Positions 48,407 through 57,388 of a stretch of 64,000 nt of DNA are shown piece by piece. Every line of letters starts with the position of its first letter. Within the stretch, counting starts at the first letter, position 1. Position numbers and translations under genes: made by a program. The DNA is from a virus: IMG/VR virus record IMGVR_UViG_3300021364_001752, positions 16,456-80,455 of that record, one strand, 5' to 3'. The notes under the pieces were generated by a model. The model saw only the letters and a list, made by a program, of their open reading frames with translations. It had not been told where the DNA came from and ran no database searches.

Positions 48407-48495
48407 GGCCCGTGGCATTCTACTGTGAGAATCAAATCCTACTCCGGTAGGGGTTGCAAACATCATTCCAACGGTGTGCAGCTAACGGGCCGCCA
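48407..48495 (+). ncRNA. Non-canonical tRNA-like RNA ending in GCCA
   Basis: GGCCCGT/ACGGGCC stem plus GCCA and three internal hairpins; no TTC T-loop. Confidence 0.6.
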
Positions 48496-48500
48496 ACCAT

Positions 48501-48574
48501 GCGGGTATAGTATAATGGTATTATCGCAGCCTTCCAAGCTGAGGATACGAGTTCGATTCTCGTTACCCGCTCCA
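48501..48574 (+). tRNA. tRNA-Gly(TCC)
   Basis: GCGGGTA/TACCCGC, CAGC-CTTCCAA-GCTG, TCCA. Confidence 0.95.
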
Positions 48575-48597
48575 TATATTTTTATAAGTAAACTTAT

Positions 48598-48623
48598 GCT
48601 CCTATAGCTCAGTTGGTAGAGCA
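48598..48623 (+). pseudogene. 5' fragment of a tRNA (Thr-like) truncated at the HNH insertion
   Basis: GCTCCTATAGCTCAGTTGGTAGAGCA = acceptor 5' strand plus D-arm only. Confidence 0.75.
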
Positions 48624-48659
48624 GAAATGATAAATAAAGTGGTATACAAGGAAATTAGT

Positions 48660-49055
48660 ATGGATACTTTTATTTGTCAAAACTGCGGAAAGGAAAATTT
48701 AAAGTCTCACCAGACTACTAATAAGTATTGTAATAATTCGTGTCAACAGGAAGCACAATACAAAAAACGTATAGTAGAATGGAAAAAGACTGGTAAATTT
48801 TCTAAAGGACCAGTTAAGCGTTATTTGTCAGAACAGAAAGAAGGTTGCTGGACTTGCGGTATTAACAAATGGAACAATAAACCTTTAGTGTTAGAGTTAG
48901 AACATATCGACGGTGATTCTAATAATAACACAGAAGACAATTTATCTTTGCTTTGTCCTAACTGTCATTCGCAGACAGATACATACAAAGGGAAGAATAG
49001 AGGCAAAGGAAGATATGCTCGTAGAGAGCGGTATGCTGAAGGAAAAAGTTTTTAA
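48660..49055 (+). mobile_element. Free-standing HNH homing endonuclease
   Basis: CQNCG, YCNNSC, CWTCG, LELEHIDGDSNNN..NL.LLCPNCH; TAAATA and AAGGA upstream. Confidence 0.88.
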
Positions 49056-49130
49056 GCTGCTGTGGCCGAATGGTAAGGCAACTGATTTGTAATCAGTAGA
49101 TTGGGAGTTCGATTCTCTCCAGCAGCACCA
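49056..49130 (+). tRNA. tRNA-Thr(TGT)
   Basis: GCTGCTG/CAGCAGC, CTGAT-TTGTAA-TCAG, ACCA. Confidence 0.93.
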
Positions 49131-49134
49131 TATT

Positions 49135-49219
49135 GCGAGTATGGTGAAATTGGTAGACACGCTAGATTTAGGTTCTAGTGCTTTACGGCGTGGGGGTTCA
49201 AGTCCCTCTACTCGCACCA
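49135..49219 (+). tRNA. tRNA-Leu(TAG)
   Basis: CTAGA-TTTAGGT-TCTAG, V-arm, ACCA. Confidence 0.95.
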
Positions 49220-49234
49220 TTTTTTGGAGTTTAT

Positions 49235-49429
49235 ATGTGGAGTTTAGTATTAATAGTTTTTTTAGCTGGCACACCACATGCGTCTTTCCAAGGCAACTAT
49301 GTTACCATGTATGATTGTTTTGAAGACAGAGAACAGCTCGCATTTGATGTGGGCGGTGTAGATGGATACTATCCCAGCGGTATGCAAGCTGTGTGCATTT
49401 ATAGAGAAGATGTTGATATAAAGATGTAA
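49235..49429 (+). CDS. Small secreted protein with a Cys pair
   Basis: MWSLVLIVFL..TMYDC..AVC; GGAG RBS. Confidence 0.6.
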   Translation: MWSLVLIVFLAGTPHASFQGNYVTMYDCFEDREQLAFDVGGVDGYYPSGMQAVCIYREDVDIKM

Positions 49430-49436
49430 ATACAGC

Positions 49437-49592
49437 ATGTTCAAAGCAGTAAAAGAAACTATTTGGCATCTCACTTGCACCAAGTGCAAGAACTGGTTTA
49501 CCTATGCAACAATGGAAAAAATGTGTATCGACCGATATACGTTTCACTGCCCGCATTGTGGACACAAAGGCGGATGTGAAATAGACAGGTAG
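49437..49592 (+). CDS. Zinc-ribbon protein (51 aa; not in ORF track)
   Basis: CTKC..CPHCG; TAAATA-CAGC-ATG. Confidence 0.65.
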   Translation: MFKAVKETIWHLTCTKCKNWFTYATMEKMCIDRYTFHCPHCGHKGGCEIDR

Positions 49593-49681
49593 GTAAGGTG
49601 GCCGAGAGGCTTAAGGCGTCGGTCTTGAAAACCGAAGTAGAGGAGACTCTACCGTGGGTTCGAATCCCACCCTTACCGCCA
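49592..49681 (+). tRNA. tRNA-Ser(TGA)
   Basis: TCGGT-CTTGAAA-ACCGA, long V-arm, GCCA. Confidence 0.95.
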
Positions 49682-49725
49682 CTATGCTTATCAAAGCGAT
49701 AAATACATCAAAGCAGGAGAAATAG

Positions 49726-50493
49726 ATGATTCTTAACGAAGGCGGCAATGTATTTGATGGCACTAGTGATTTTGATCATGCAGATATAGACAACATACTC
49801 AAAACAGTAAATGCAAGTTTAGATGGCACAGGCATAGAAGCAATTCCAGTTGGCAGTGCTGCTACACCTACTCCTGGAAAAATCAGTGGTGACTTAGATG
49901 TTATTGTTGACGCTGGTGCTGTAATGAATTACTTTGATGTTAAGGATCCTAAGTCTGCTAGAAAAATGCTAAACGATTTTATTGCCAACAAAGGTTTTGA
50001 AACAGCACAGACTGGCACTAATGTCCACGTAAGAGCACCCAATAATGATAGCAGCGCACAAGTTGATATTATGGTTGTAGCTAATGCACCTACCATTGCT
50101 AAATTCCATACGCATGATATTCCGGTAGATTCGCCATATAAAGGTATACACAAGCAACTTGCAATTAGTAAACTTGCAAAGCAGCAAGGTAAATTGTGGA
50201 GTGCATGGAAAGGCTTGTATACTAGAAACGACAAAGGCAAAGCAGGCGATTTTATTTCCGACGATTTAAATGTTATTGCACAGTCATTGCTAGGCGATGG
50301 TGCAAGGGCAGAAGACCTAGGAAGTTTAGAAAGCATAGTTGCAAAACTGCCGAAAGACCAAGGCGATGCATTAATGGCAGAACTTTCGCAAGATCCTAAC
50401 TGGACAAAAGTAAAAAAAGAAACAGTTTTAACATTAGCCGATAAGAATCATCAACGAATTGTTGAATTAATGCAAAGGATGGCAGACAGATGA
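49726..50493 (+). CDS. Pol-beta-superfamily nucleotidyltransferase
   Basis: VGS..SGDLDVIVD, QVDIM; leader MILNE; TAAATA upstream. Confidence 0.75.
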   Translation: MILNEGGNVFDGTSDFDHADIDNILKTVNASLDGTGIEAIPVGSAATPTPGKISGDLDVIVDAGAVMNYFDVKDPKSARKMLNDFIANKGFETAQTGTNVHVRAPNNDSSAQVDIMVVANAPTIAKFHTHDIPVDSPYKGIHKQLAISKLAKQQGKLWSAWKGLYTRNDKGKAGDFISDDLNVIAQSLLGDGARAEDLGSLESIVAKLPKDQGDALMAELSQDPNWTKVKKETVLTLADKNHQRIVELMQRMADR

Positions 50494-51149
50494 AGATAAG
50501 AGATTTAATTGAGGACGATCCAGGCAGCAGCGATTCATTAGGACTTGGCGGTCTTTTTACTGGTGTGTTGCGTGGAGCAGAAAGAACTCAACAAGCAGCA
50601 TCTGGTTCTGTTGATACACACGGTAGCACAGGTTCAGTAGGTGGTTCTGATAGTTTAGACGATATAGAGTTTGCTCAAGGACAGTCGCAAGGTAGAGTAA
50701 GAATGCAAAACAGTGGAGCAACTCGTAACAAGCCACTGAATCAAAGATTAATGAATATACTGGTTGCAGCAGCAGAAGAAGCACAAGTTGATGTTGTTGT
50801 ATTCAGCGGTGGACAAGATGCAAGAGGACAAGGCACTAGACGCACTGGCTCAGTCAGACACGACAACGGTAATGCAGCAGATGTTTGGATTTACTCAGGC
50901 GGAAGCAGATTGAGCACAGCTAGAGAAAATCCTATTGTTGCTAACTTTATTAGAGCAGCCGTTGCAGCAGGCGCAAAAGGCATAGGCGCAGGCCCAGGTT
51001 ATATGGACAGCGTTGGAATACACGTTGACATAGTTGGAGACTCAGCAGGCGGATCAGTAACATGGGGTAGAGGTTCAAGATCAGCAACAACTCCTGGCTA
51101 CGTTACAGCAGCATATCAAGCTGGGCAATCTGGAACATCAATGGCATGA
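50490..51149 (+). CDS. LAS/peptidase-M15-like peptidoglycan peptidase
   Basis: SG..S.RH..GNAADV, GIG...IHVD; leader MKIRDLIE. Confidence 0.65.
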   Translation: MKIRDLIEDDPGSSDSLGLGGLFTGVLRGAERTQQAASGSVDTHGSTGSVGGSDSLDDIEFAQGQSQGRVRMQNSGATRNKPLNQRLMNILVAAAEEAQVDVVVFSGGQDARGQGTRRTGSVRHDNGNAADVWIYSGGSRLSTARENPIVANFIRAAVAAGAKGIGAGPGYMDSVGIHVDIVGDSAGGSVTWGRGSRSATTPGYVTAAYQAGQSGTSMA

Positions 51150-52276
51150 GATATCAAGAGATCATAGAAGCAAAGCAGCTAGGAAGAGCTTTCAATCATT
51201 TGGAAGATCTTGTGTTCTTTTACGGCAGCCAAGGCACACTTGAAGCCTTAGAACATTTACGTGATTTTGCAAGTGAACAGGGCGGCAACAGTATAAGAAT
51301 GAAATGGGATGGCAACCCACAAATCTATTGGGGCAGAGCAGAAGCAGGAGGTCCATTAGTATTAGCAGGACACAATGCTTGGGCCAGAGGAGCAGCAGCC
51401 ACATCACCAGAACAAGTTCAAGACTTTATTGCGAACCAAAGTGGTAATCCAAAAACGGACGAAGAGCGTGAAGCACGTAATGAATTTGCTGCAAAGTTTG
51501 CAAGTTTATACAGTGAGTTTGATGCTGCAACACCAAAAGATTTTGTAGGCTATGTTTATGCGGACGGGCTGTTTTTAGAACAACCTGCGCAGCAAAACGG
51601 AGTTTACACTTTCTGTCCTAATCCTAGGTCACAAACTTGCTATCATGTAAAAGCTGACAGCGATTTAGGTAAACGTATCCAAGCTGCTAATATTATGGTA
51701 GTAGGACATGCGTTCTTCCCTGAGTTTGGAATGCCTGACAGCGCACAACAACCAATGCAAGACTTTAGCATGTTTGATGGCAACCGAAACGTTATTGTTT
51801 TAGGTCCAGTGTATAACACAAAACCAGTTGAAATTGACACAGGCGCAATAGACATTGTTGAAGCATTTGTAAAAAAACATGCAGGACACATTGATCAGTT
51901 TTTAGAAAGTGTTAAAGGTTTAAGCGACTTAAAAAATATTATATACACCTATGTTAATCAAACAGCAAAGGCAAAGCAACTAGATAATCTAAGCGACAAG
52001 CATTTTTTCCAATGGTTGGCAACAAGTAAGGTAAGCCAAGGTAAGCAAGACAAAATTGCTGAATTAGAGCAAACTTTTAATGGAGCTCTAGCTGCAATAT
52101 TTGAATTGGTAAAAATGATACAGCGCATGAAGGATCAAGTTATTGATCAAATTGAAGGCGAACAAGGCGACATATGGGATACAAATGGAGAAGGTAGGGT
52201 AAGATATGCAGATCCATCTACCAAACAATTTGGCAATGTAAAACTTGTTCCAAGAAAGAGATGGACACCGTCATGA
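51146..52276 (+). CDS. DUF6267-like protein with ligase-type KxDG motif
   Basis: HLEDL, KWDG.P, EG.V, VKLVPR; leader MRYQEIIE. Confidence 0.65.
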   Translation: MRYQEIIEAKQLGRAFNHLEDLVFFYGSQGTLEALEHLRDFASEQGGNSIRMKWDGNPQIYWGRAEAGGPLVLAGHNAWARGAAATSPEQVQDFIANQSGNPKTDEEREARNEFAAKFASLYSEFDAATPKDFVGYVYADGLFLEQPAQQNGVYTFCPNPRSQTCYHVKADSDLGKRIQAANIMVVGHAFFPEFGMPDSAQQPMQDFSMFDGNRNVIVLGPVYNTKPVEIDTGAIDIVEAFVKKHAGHIDQFLESVKGLSDLKNIIYTYVNQTAKAKQLDNLSDKHFFQWLATSKVSQGKQDKIAELEQTFNGALAAIFELVKMIQRMKDQVIDQIEGEQGDIWDTNGEGRVRYADPSTKQFGNVKLVPRKRWTPS

Positions 52277-53190
52277 GATTTAAAGAAATAATGGAAGATA
52301 TACCTGTGCCAACACCAAGACCAGATGCGCCGCCACCTGTGCCACCATCAAGAGGTGACGCACCGCCACGTGTTCAACAGTCTGGCGATATCACTGTTAG
52401 TGGACCAGATGGCTCAGATTTTGAAACACAAACCACAGATTCAGGATTGCAAGAAGGACCTCCATATCATACAGAGGAAGTAGATATGGTAAAGGCAGTG
52501 CAAACCAAATTGGAACAGTTAGGTTACAGTGTAGGTCTTACAGGAATTGACGGGAAATATGGTTATAGAACGGCTGCCGCAATAGCAGCCTTCAAGCAGG
52601 ATAACAACATTGCAGGCGCCGGCAGTTCAATAAGTAGAGACGAAATTGCTAAATTGAACAATGCAACGCCTGTGGAAAATCCTACACCTGTAAGGACAAC
52701 CGATCCAACTAGACGCCCAGTTACACCTGTTACTGATTTAACACCAGATGAGAATTTGTTTAATGGTCCATCTAGTAATAGAGCAGCAGTTAGATTTAAC
52801 AATCCAGGTGCTATGTATCCTGCAAGCTGGCAAAGTAGATTCGGCGGCACAGACACTAGAGAACGCATAGGCGGCGGACATAGAATTGCAATGTTTCCTG
52901 ACAAAGTTTCTGGAGCAGCAGCTCTTTTCGCCCTGTTGGATGGCAGATTATACAGAGACAAATCAGTTGCAAGTGCATTGAGAACATGGACTGGAGGTAA
53001 TAGCACATCTTCCTATGTAACATGGCTGCAAGGTAGAGGTATAGACACTGACGAAACAGTAGCAAATTTCCTTGCAAATGAAGATGCGGCTGTTGCTTTA
53101 GGATCAGCAATGGCTAGATGGGAAACAGGACACGTCTATCCTATGTCGGAAGACGATTGGCGTCAAGCATACAGTAGATCAGGAGTATAA
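52273..53190 (+). CDS. Peptidoglycan-binding domain plus lysozyme-like (NNPG) domain protein
   Basis: VQ..L..LGY..IDGKYG.RTAAAIAAFK; RFNNPG, MARWETG; leader MRFKEIME. Confidence 0.7.
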   Translation: MRFKEIMEDIPVPTPRPDAPPPVPPSRGDAPPRVQQSGDITVSGPDGSDFETQTTDSGLQEGPPYHTEEVDMVKAVQTKLEQLGYSVGLTGIDGKYGYRTAAAIAAFKQDNNIAGAGSSISRDEIAKLNNATPVENPTPVRTTDPTRRPVTPVTDLTPDENLFNGPSSNRAAVRFNNPGAMYPASWQSRFGGTDTRERIGGGHRIAMFPDKVSGAAALFALLDGRLYRDKSVASALRTWTGGNSTSSYVTWLQGRGIDTDETVANFLANEDAAVALGSAMARWETGHVYPMSEDDWRQAYSRSGV

Positions 53191-53191
53191 G

Positions 53192-53785
53192 ATGAAAATT
53201 AGAGAATTACTAGAAGCACCAGGCGAAACTGTAGGACTAATATTTGGACGTTTTAATCCTCCACACAAAGGACACAAAGCAGCATGGGAAATGGCAAGCC
53301 AGGAAAATCATTGGTATGTAGGAACAAACATGGCAACTATAGGTCCTAAAGATCCACTGCCTTTCCAAGTAAAAATCAAAGCCATGGAAACAATATGGCC
53401 ACAGGTAAGGGACCATATTATTGCAAGTCAAAGTTGGTTAACATTAGCCAGTGAGCTATACGCAAAACATCCTAATGCTACACTGGTATTATTCACTGAC
53501 GAAGCATGGGTTCCTAAAACCATTCAGCAATATAACGGACAAGAAGGTCCGCATGGTGTTTATAATTTTAAAAATATTGAGACAAAACCCACACCAAGAT
53601 TGAGCAGTGCAACAGCATTACGTCAAGCTGTTTTGGACAACAATCCAGAAGAGTTTAGCGATGCAGCTGGTGTTCCTGCTGATACTGTAATTGACGTTCC
53701 TGGAGAAAATATTACCTTCTTTGATATGGTAGCTAAGTATATAGAACCACATCGAGAGAAACTTCTTGCAAAATCTAAAAAATAA
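53192..53785 (+). CDS. HxGH cytidylyl/nucleotidyltransferase
   Basis: FGRFNPPHKGH, KDPL, SSATALR; leader MKIRELLE. Confidence 0.85.
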   Translation: MKIRELLEAPGETVGLIFGRFNPPHKGHKAAWEMASQENHWYVGTNMATIGPKDPLPFQVKIKAMETIWPQVRDHIIASQSWLTLASELYAKHPNATLVLFTDEAWVPKTIQQYNGQEGPHGVYNFKNIETKPTPRLSSATALRQAVLDNNPEEFSDAAGVPADTVIDVPGENITFFDMVAKYIEPHREKLLAKSKK

Positions 53786-53800
53786 TAGTATAATCAATTA

Positions 53801-54982
53801 ATGAAACACGCTTTTATTCTAACTGAAGTAGAGCCTACTCCTCACGGAGCACTGACTGCTACTAGGCAGAGTGGACCTCCCAGTGTCCCTATTGACAGCA
53901 TGTTGGCACACCTAGGCGGCTTTAACATGAGTGAATTTTACACATGGGAGAAGCGACATCTTACAAAAAACTGTGATAGGATTTATGTAACATATTTTTT
54001 GCACATGCCTCAAATTGTGCATTTTAACTTCAGCGACAAAATTGTAGAGGAACTAAAAAACAATCCTAAATATTTTTTGGTGTGTTTTAGTATGCTCGAA
54101 GGTGTTATTACACCAGAGCAGTTGGCTAGCGCAGCGAAAGACAAAGGTCTGCCGCTTGAAAAGATAATAGTTGTATGCAGTAACTATCCTGCAGATAAAA
54201 CTACACAAAACGGTATTAAATTTGTTTATATTGATTTTTGGGAAAGTTTTACACGCTTCCATCAAAGATGTATGCCAGGCAGCACTGAGTTAAACATTAA
54301 TGAAAGAAAAAAATCACTTCCAAGGGCTAGAAGAAAATTTTTATGTTTGAATAGAAATATCAAAGCACATCGTATTTGGTTCTATTGGTTGTTGTTACAA
54401 AAGAATCTAGTTGAACGTAATCACGTAAGCTATCACTTGCCACGTATCAACAAACCGCAGTATATGCTGGAAGCTCTTAATTATGACACAACCAAATATA
54501 TTCCTAAGTTATTGCATAAAGAATATCATATAGCTTTGAAAAGACAAATACATCCACGTCAGTTGGATAAAATTGACAGTGAATATATTATTAATTATAG
54601 AGAAACTATTAAACCTTTTTACAAAGACAGTCTGTTTAGTATAGTAACAGAAAGTGATTTTAGATTGCCGTTTTTAACTGAAAAAACATATAAAGCTATT
54701 GCTCACTGTCATCCGTTTTTCATTATTGGAAATCCAGAACATCATCGTTTGCTTAGGGAAAAGGGATATTATACATTTGAAAACTTTTTTGGCGTTTCTC
54801 AAGTTACCAACTGGGAGGAAGCAGAATTGTTTTTAGATAATATATCTAGAATTGATTTAGAAACTTATAAAAGTAAAGTTACAGAAATATTACCAATGTT
54901 GGAACACAACTACAATAACTTTTTTGAAAGAAGCCTAGAATGGTCTGAGGTTAAACAAAAAATAGATTCAGTGGCCGGATGA
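53801..54982 (+). CDS. Glycosyltransferase-like protein
   Basis: FLCLNR..K.HR, SIVTES, FLTEKTYKAI..HPFFIIG, LREKGYYTF. Confidence 0.65.
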   Translation: MKHAFILTEVEPTPHGALTATRQSGPPSVPIDSMLAHLGGFNMSEFYTWEKRHLTKNCDRIYVTYFLHMPQIVHFNFSDKIVEELKNNPKYFLVCFSMLEGVITPEQLASAAKDKGLPLEKIIVVCSNYPADKTTQNGIKFVYIDFWESFTRFHQRCMPGSTELNINERKKSLPRARRKFLCLNRNIKAHRIWFYWLLLQKNLVERNHVSYHLPRINKPQYMLEALNYDTTKYIPKLLHKEYHIALKRQIHPRQLDKIDSEYIINYRETIKPFYKDSLFSIVTESDFRLPFLTEKTYKAIAHCHPFFIIGNPEHHRLLREKGYYTFENFFGVSQVTNWEEAELFLDNISRIDLETYKSKVTEILPMLEHNYNNFFERSLEWSEVKQKIDSVAG

Positions 54983-56190
54983 TGCAGGATAACAAAGAAC
55001 ATTTTTGCATGGCACCTTGGGTGCATATGAGTGTGTGGCAGACAGGAGATGCATATCCTTGTTGTATCTATCACTGGGACATGCCAGTAGACAATATTAA
55101 TCGCAGTGGAATTAAGGGTGCATGGAACAGTGAAAAGATGCGTGAACTGCGTTTGCGTATGCTTGCAAATGAGCCAAGCGAAGGTTGTGCAAAGTGTATT
55201 AACTATGATAAAGATGGCATTATCAGTTATAGACACAAGATGAACACTGAGTATGCACATCACAAAGATGTGGTAGAAAGCACACACGATGACGGAACTG
55301 TTGATAAACTTAATCTAGCGTATTTTGATATACGGTTTAGTAATCTATGCAACATGAAATGCCGTAGCTGTGGTCCGCACTTTAGCAGCAAGTGGGCTGA
55401 AGACCTTTCTGGCAAGCCGGAAGTAATAGAAATCAATCATCCCGACATGTGGGAAGAAATAGAAGAAGTGTTACCTACTATTGAAGAAGTTTATTTTACA
55501 GGTGGAGAGAGCTTGTTTATGTCACAGCATTATAGATTGCTAGACATGCTTATAGAGCGTGGACTCAAACCGAGACTGACATACAACAGCAACGCAACAC
55601 GCCTGAGTCTCAAAGGCAAACACATAAAAGATTATTGGCAGCATTTTGATCGTATCTTTTATTGTGTAAGTTTGGATCAAGTAGGACCTAAAGCAGAGTA
55701 TACACGCAATGGCCAAACATGGGATACAGTGTTTACCAACCTGTGTTGGATACGTGATAACTTTGAACACAGTTATGAAAAAGGTGTGATAATACAACCC
55801 AACCCAACTATCAGTGTATTAAACATTTTGGATTTAGATTACATTATTAAATTTTTATTTGATAATAATATACCAACTGACTTTGATATAAATTTAAGCA
55901 ATGTATTAATAGGCCCCGAATGGTTAAGTATTACAATATTGCCAACACATATTAAAGATATTGCAAAACAAAAATTAGAAGCACTAAAAATAGATTTAGA
56001 TAATTATAAAATGTATCCAGATAGAAAAAACTTCATTGTTAATGGAATTGACAATATTATTAATCACATGTATAATGAAGATAACTCTAACTTGATTCCA
56101 AAGTTTAGACAGGAAATGCAAAAGATGGACATGGTAAGAAATGAAAACTTTTTAAAAGTATTTCCGGAGTTAAAGGATCTATATGTCTAA
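54979..56190 (+). CDS. Twitch/SPASM-radical SAM protein
   Basis: C.APW..PCC..C..C; CNMKCRSC; TGGE. Confidence 0.92.
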   Translation: MMQDNKEHFCMAPWVHMSVWQTGDAYPCCIYHWDMPVDNINRSGIKGAWNSEKMRELRLRMLANEPSEGCAKCINYDKDGIISYRHKMNTEYAHHKDVVESTHDDGTVDKLNLAYFDIRFSNLCNMKCRSCGPHFSSKWAEDLSGKPEVIEINHPDMWEEIEEVLPTIEEVYFTGGESLFMSQHYRLLDMLIERGLKPRLTYNSNATRLSLKGKHIKDYWQHFDRIFYCVSLDQVGPKAEYTRNGQTWDTVFTNLCWIRDNFEHSYEKGVIIQPNPTISVLNILDLDYIIKFLFDNNIPTDFDINLSNVLIGPEWLSITILPTHIKDIAKQKLEALKIDLDNYKMYPDRKNFIVNGIDNIINHMYNEDNSNLIPKFRQEMQKMDMVRNENFLKVFPELKDLYV

Positions 56191-57388
56191 AATAAAAGAC
56201 TCAAAAACATTTTGTATAATGCCATGGATTCACATGCACATGTGGCCCGCCGGAACAACTTATCCGTGCTGTCTAAGTGATCCAAATCATCCTGTAGGAA
56301 ACACACAAGAACAAAGTTTGCAGGACATTTGGAATGGTCCAGAAATGCGCAAACTTAGGTTGAATATGCTTGAGGACAAAAAATCCCCAGAGTGTAGACG
56401 CTGTTACGAACTAGAAGAAAACGGCGTATGGACATTACGCAATAGCTCAAACGCAAACTTTGAACATCATTTAAACAAAGTAGAACAAACTGCTGAAGAC
56501 GGAAGTGCTGGTGATGTAAATATGGCTTACATGGATATACGCTTCAGTAATCTCTGTAATCTAAAATGTCGCAGTTGTGGACCTCAGTTCAGCAGCAGTT
56601 GGTTTGAAGACCATAAACAAACACACGGCGATCCAGGACATCCTAAAATACTACAAGTTCGTGAAGAAATGAAAAGTTTTATGGATGAACTTGATCCATT
56701 GTTAGAAACTGTAGAACGTGTATACTGGGCAGGTGGCGAGCCATTAATTACAAAAGAACATTACGACATACTTGACAAATGGATTACGATGGGCAAACGT
56801 GATGTTAAGATGGATTACACCACAAACTTCACACAGATGTTTTACAAACGCAAAACAGCATTTGAATATTGGAATGCATTTGATCATGTAAGAGTTGCAG
56901 CCAGCTTGGATGCCAATCACAGTAGAGCAGAATATTTGCGTAAGAACATGGATTGGTCAATTGTTGTGCAAAACAGACGTGATATGATTGAGCAGTGTCC
57001 ACATGTATATTTTGAAGTAACACCTACTGTGAGTGTTTACAATGTTTTGAATCTGCCTGACTTCCATAAAGAATGGATTGAGGAAGGGTTGCTTGAGCCT
57101 GGTAATATGAGAATTAACATCTTGTTGGATCCAACTTATATGAGATTAAGCATACTACCTCCTTGGAAAAAAGATGCAGTGCGTAGCAGATATGAAGAAC
57201 ATTTATCTTATCTAAAACAGTTTGATGATATTGATGCTGTGGTAAATCATTATAATAGCATATTGCAATTCATAGAAGAAGACAGAACAGAAGAAATTAA
57301 AATGTTTATGTATAAAACAAATAGGGTTGATTTATTACGCAAAGAAAATGTGTTTGATACGTTTCCTGAACTAGAAGGTTTACAATGA
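56183..57388 (+). CDS. Twitch/SPASM-radical SAM protein
   Basis: CIMPW..PCC..CRRC; CNLKCRSC; AGGEP. Confidence 0.92.
   Translation: MSKIKDSKTFCIMPWIHMHMWPAGTTYPCCLSDPNHPVGNTQEQSLQDIWNGPEMRKLRLNMLEDKKSPECRRCYELEENGVWTLRNSSNANFEHHLNKVEQTAEDGSAGDVNMAYMDIRFSNLCNLKCRSCGPQFSSSWFEDHKQTHGDPGHPKILQVREEMKSFMDELDPLLETVERVYWAGGEPLITKEHYDILDKWITMGKRDVKMDYTTNFTQMFYKRKTAFEYWNAFDHVRVAASLDANHSRAEYLRKNMDWSIVVQNRRDMIEQCPHVYFEVTPTVSVYNVLNLPDFHKEWIEEGLLEPGNMRINILLDPTYMRLSILPPWKKDAVRSRYEEHLSYLKQFDDIDAVVNHYNSILQFIEEDRTEEIKMFMYKTNRVDLLRKENVFDTFPELEGLQ

Noticed and set aside
48384-48495. HDV-like/theta ribozyme after tRNA-Trp
   Set aside because: A P4-CTAA-P2-like end is present, but I could not build a consistent P1/P3/L3; the CCA-ended cloverleaf explains the sequence better
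48425-49277. ORFs 48425-48607, 48942-49277 and the 5' part of 49178
   Set aside because: They overlap tRNA genes
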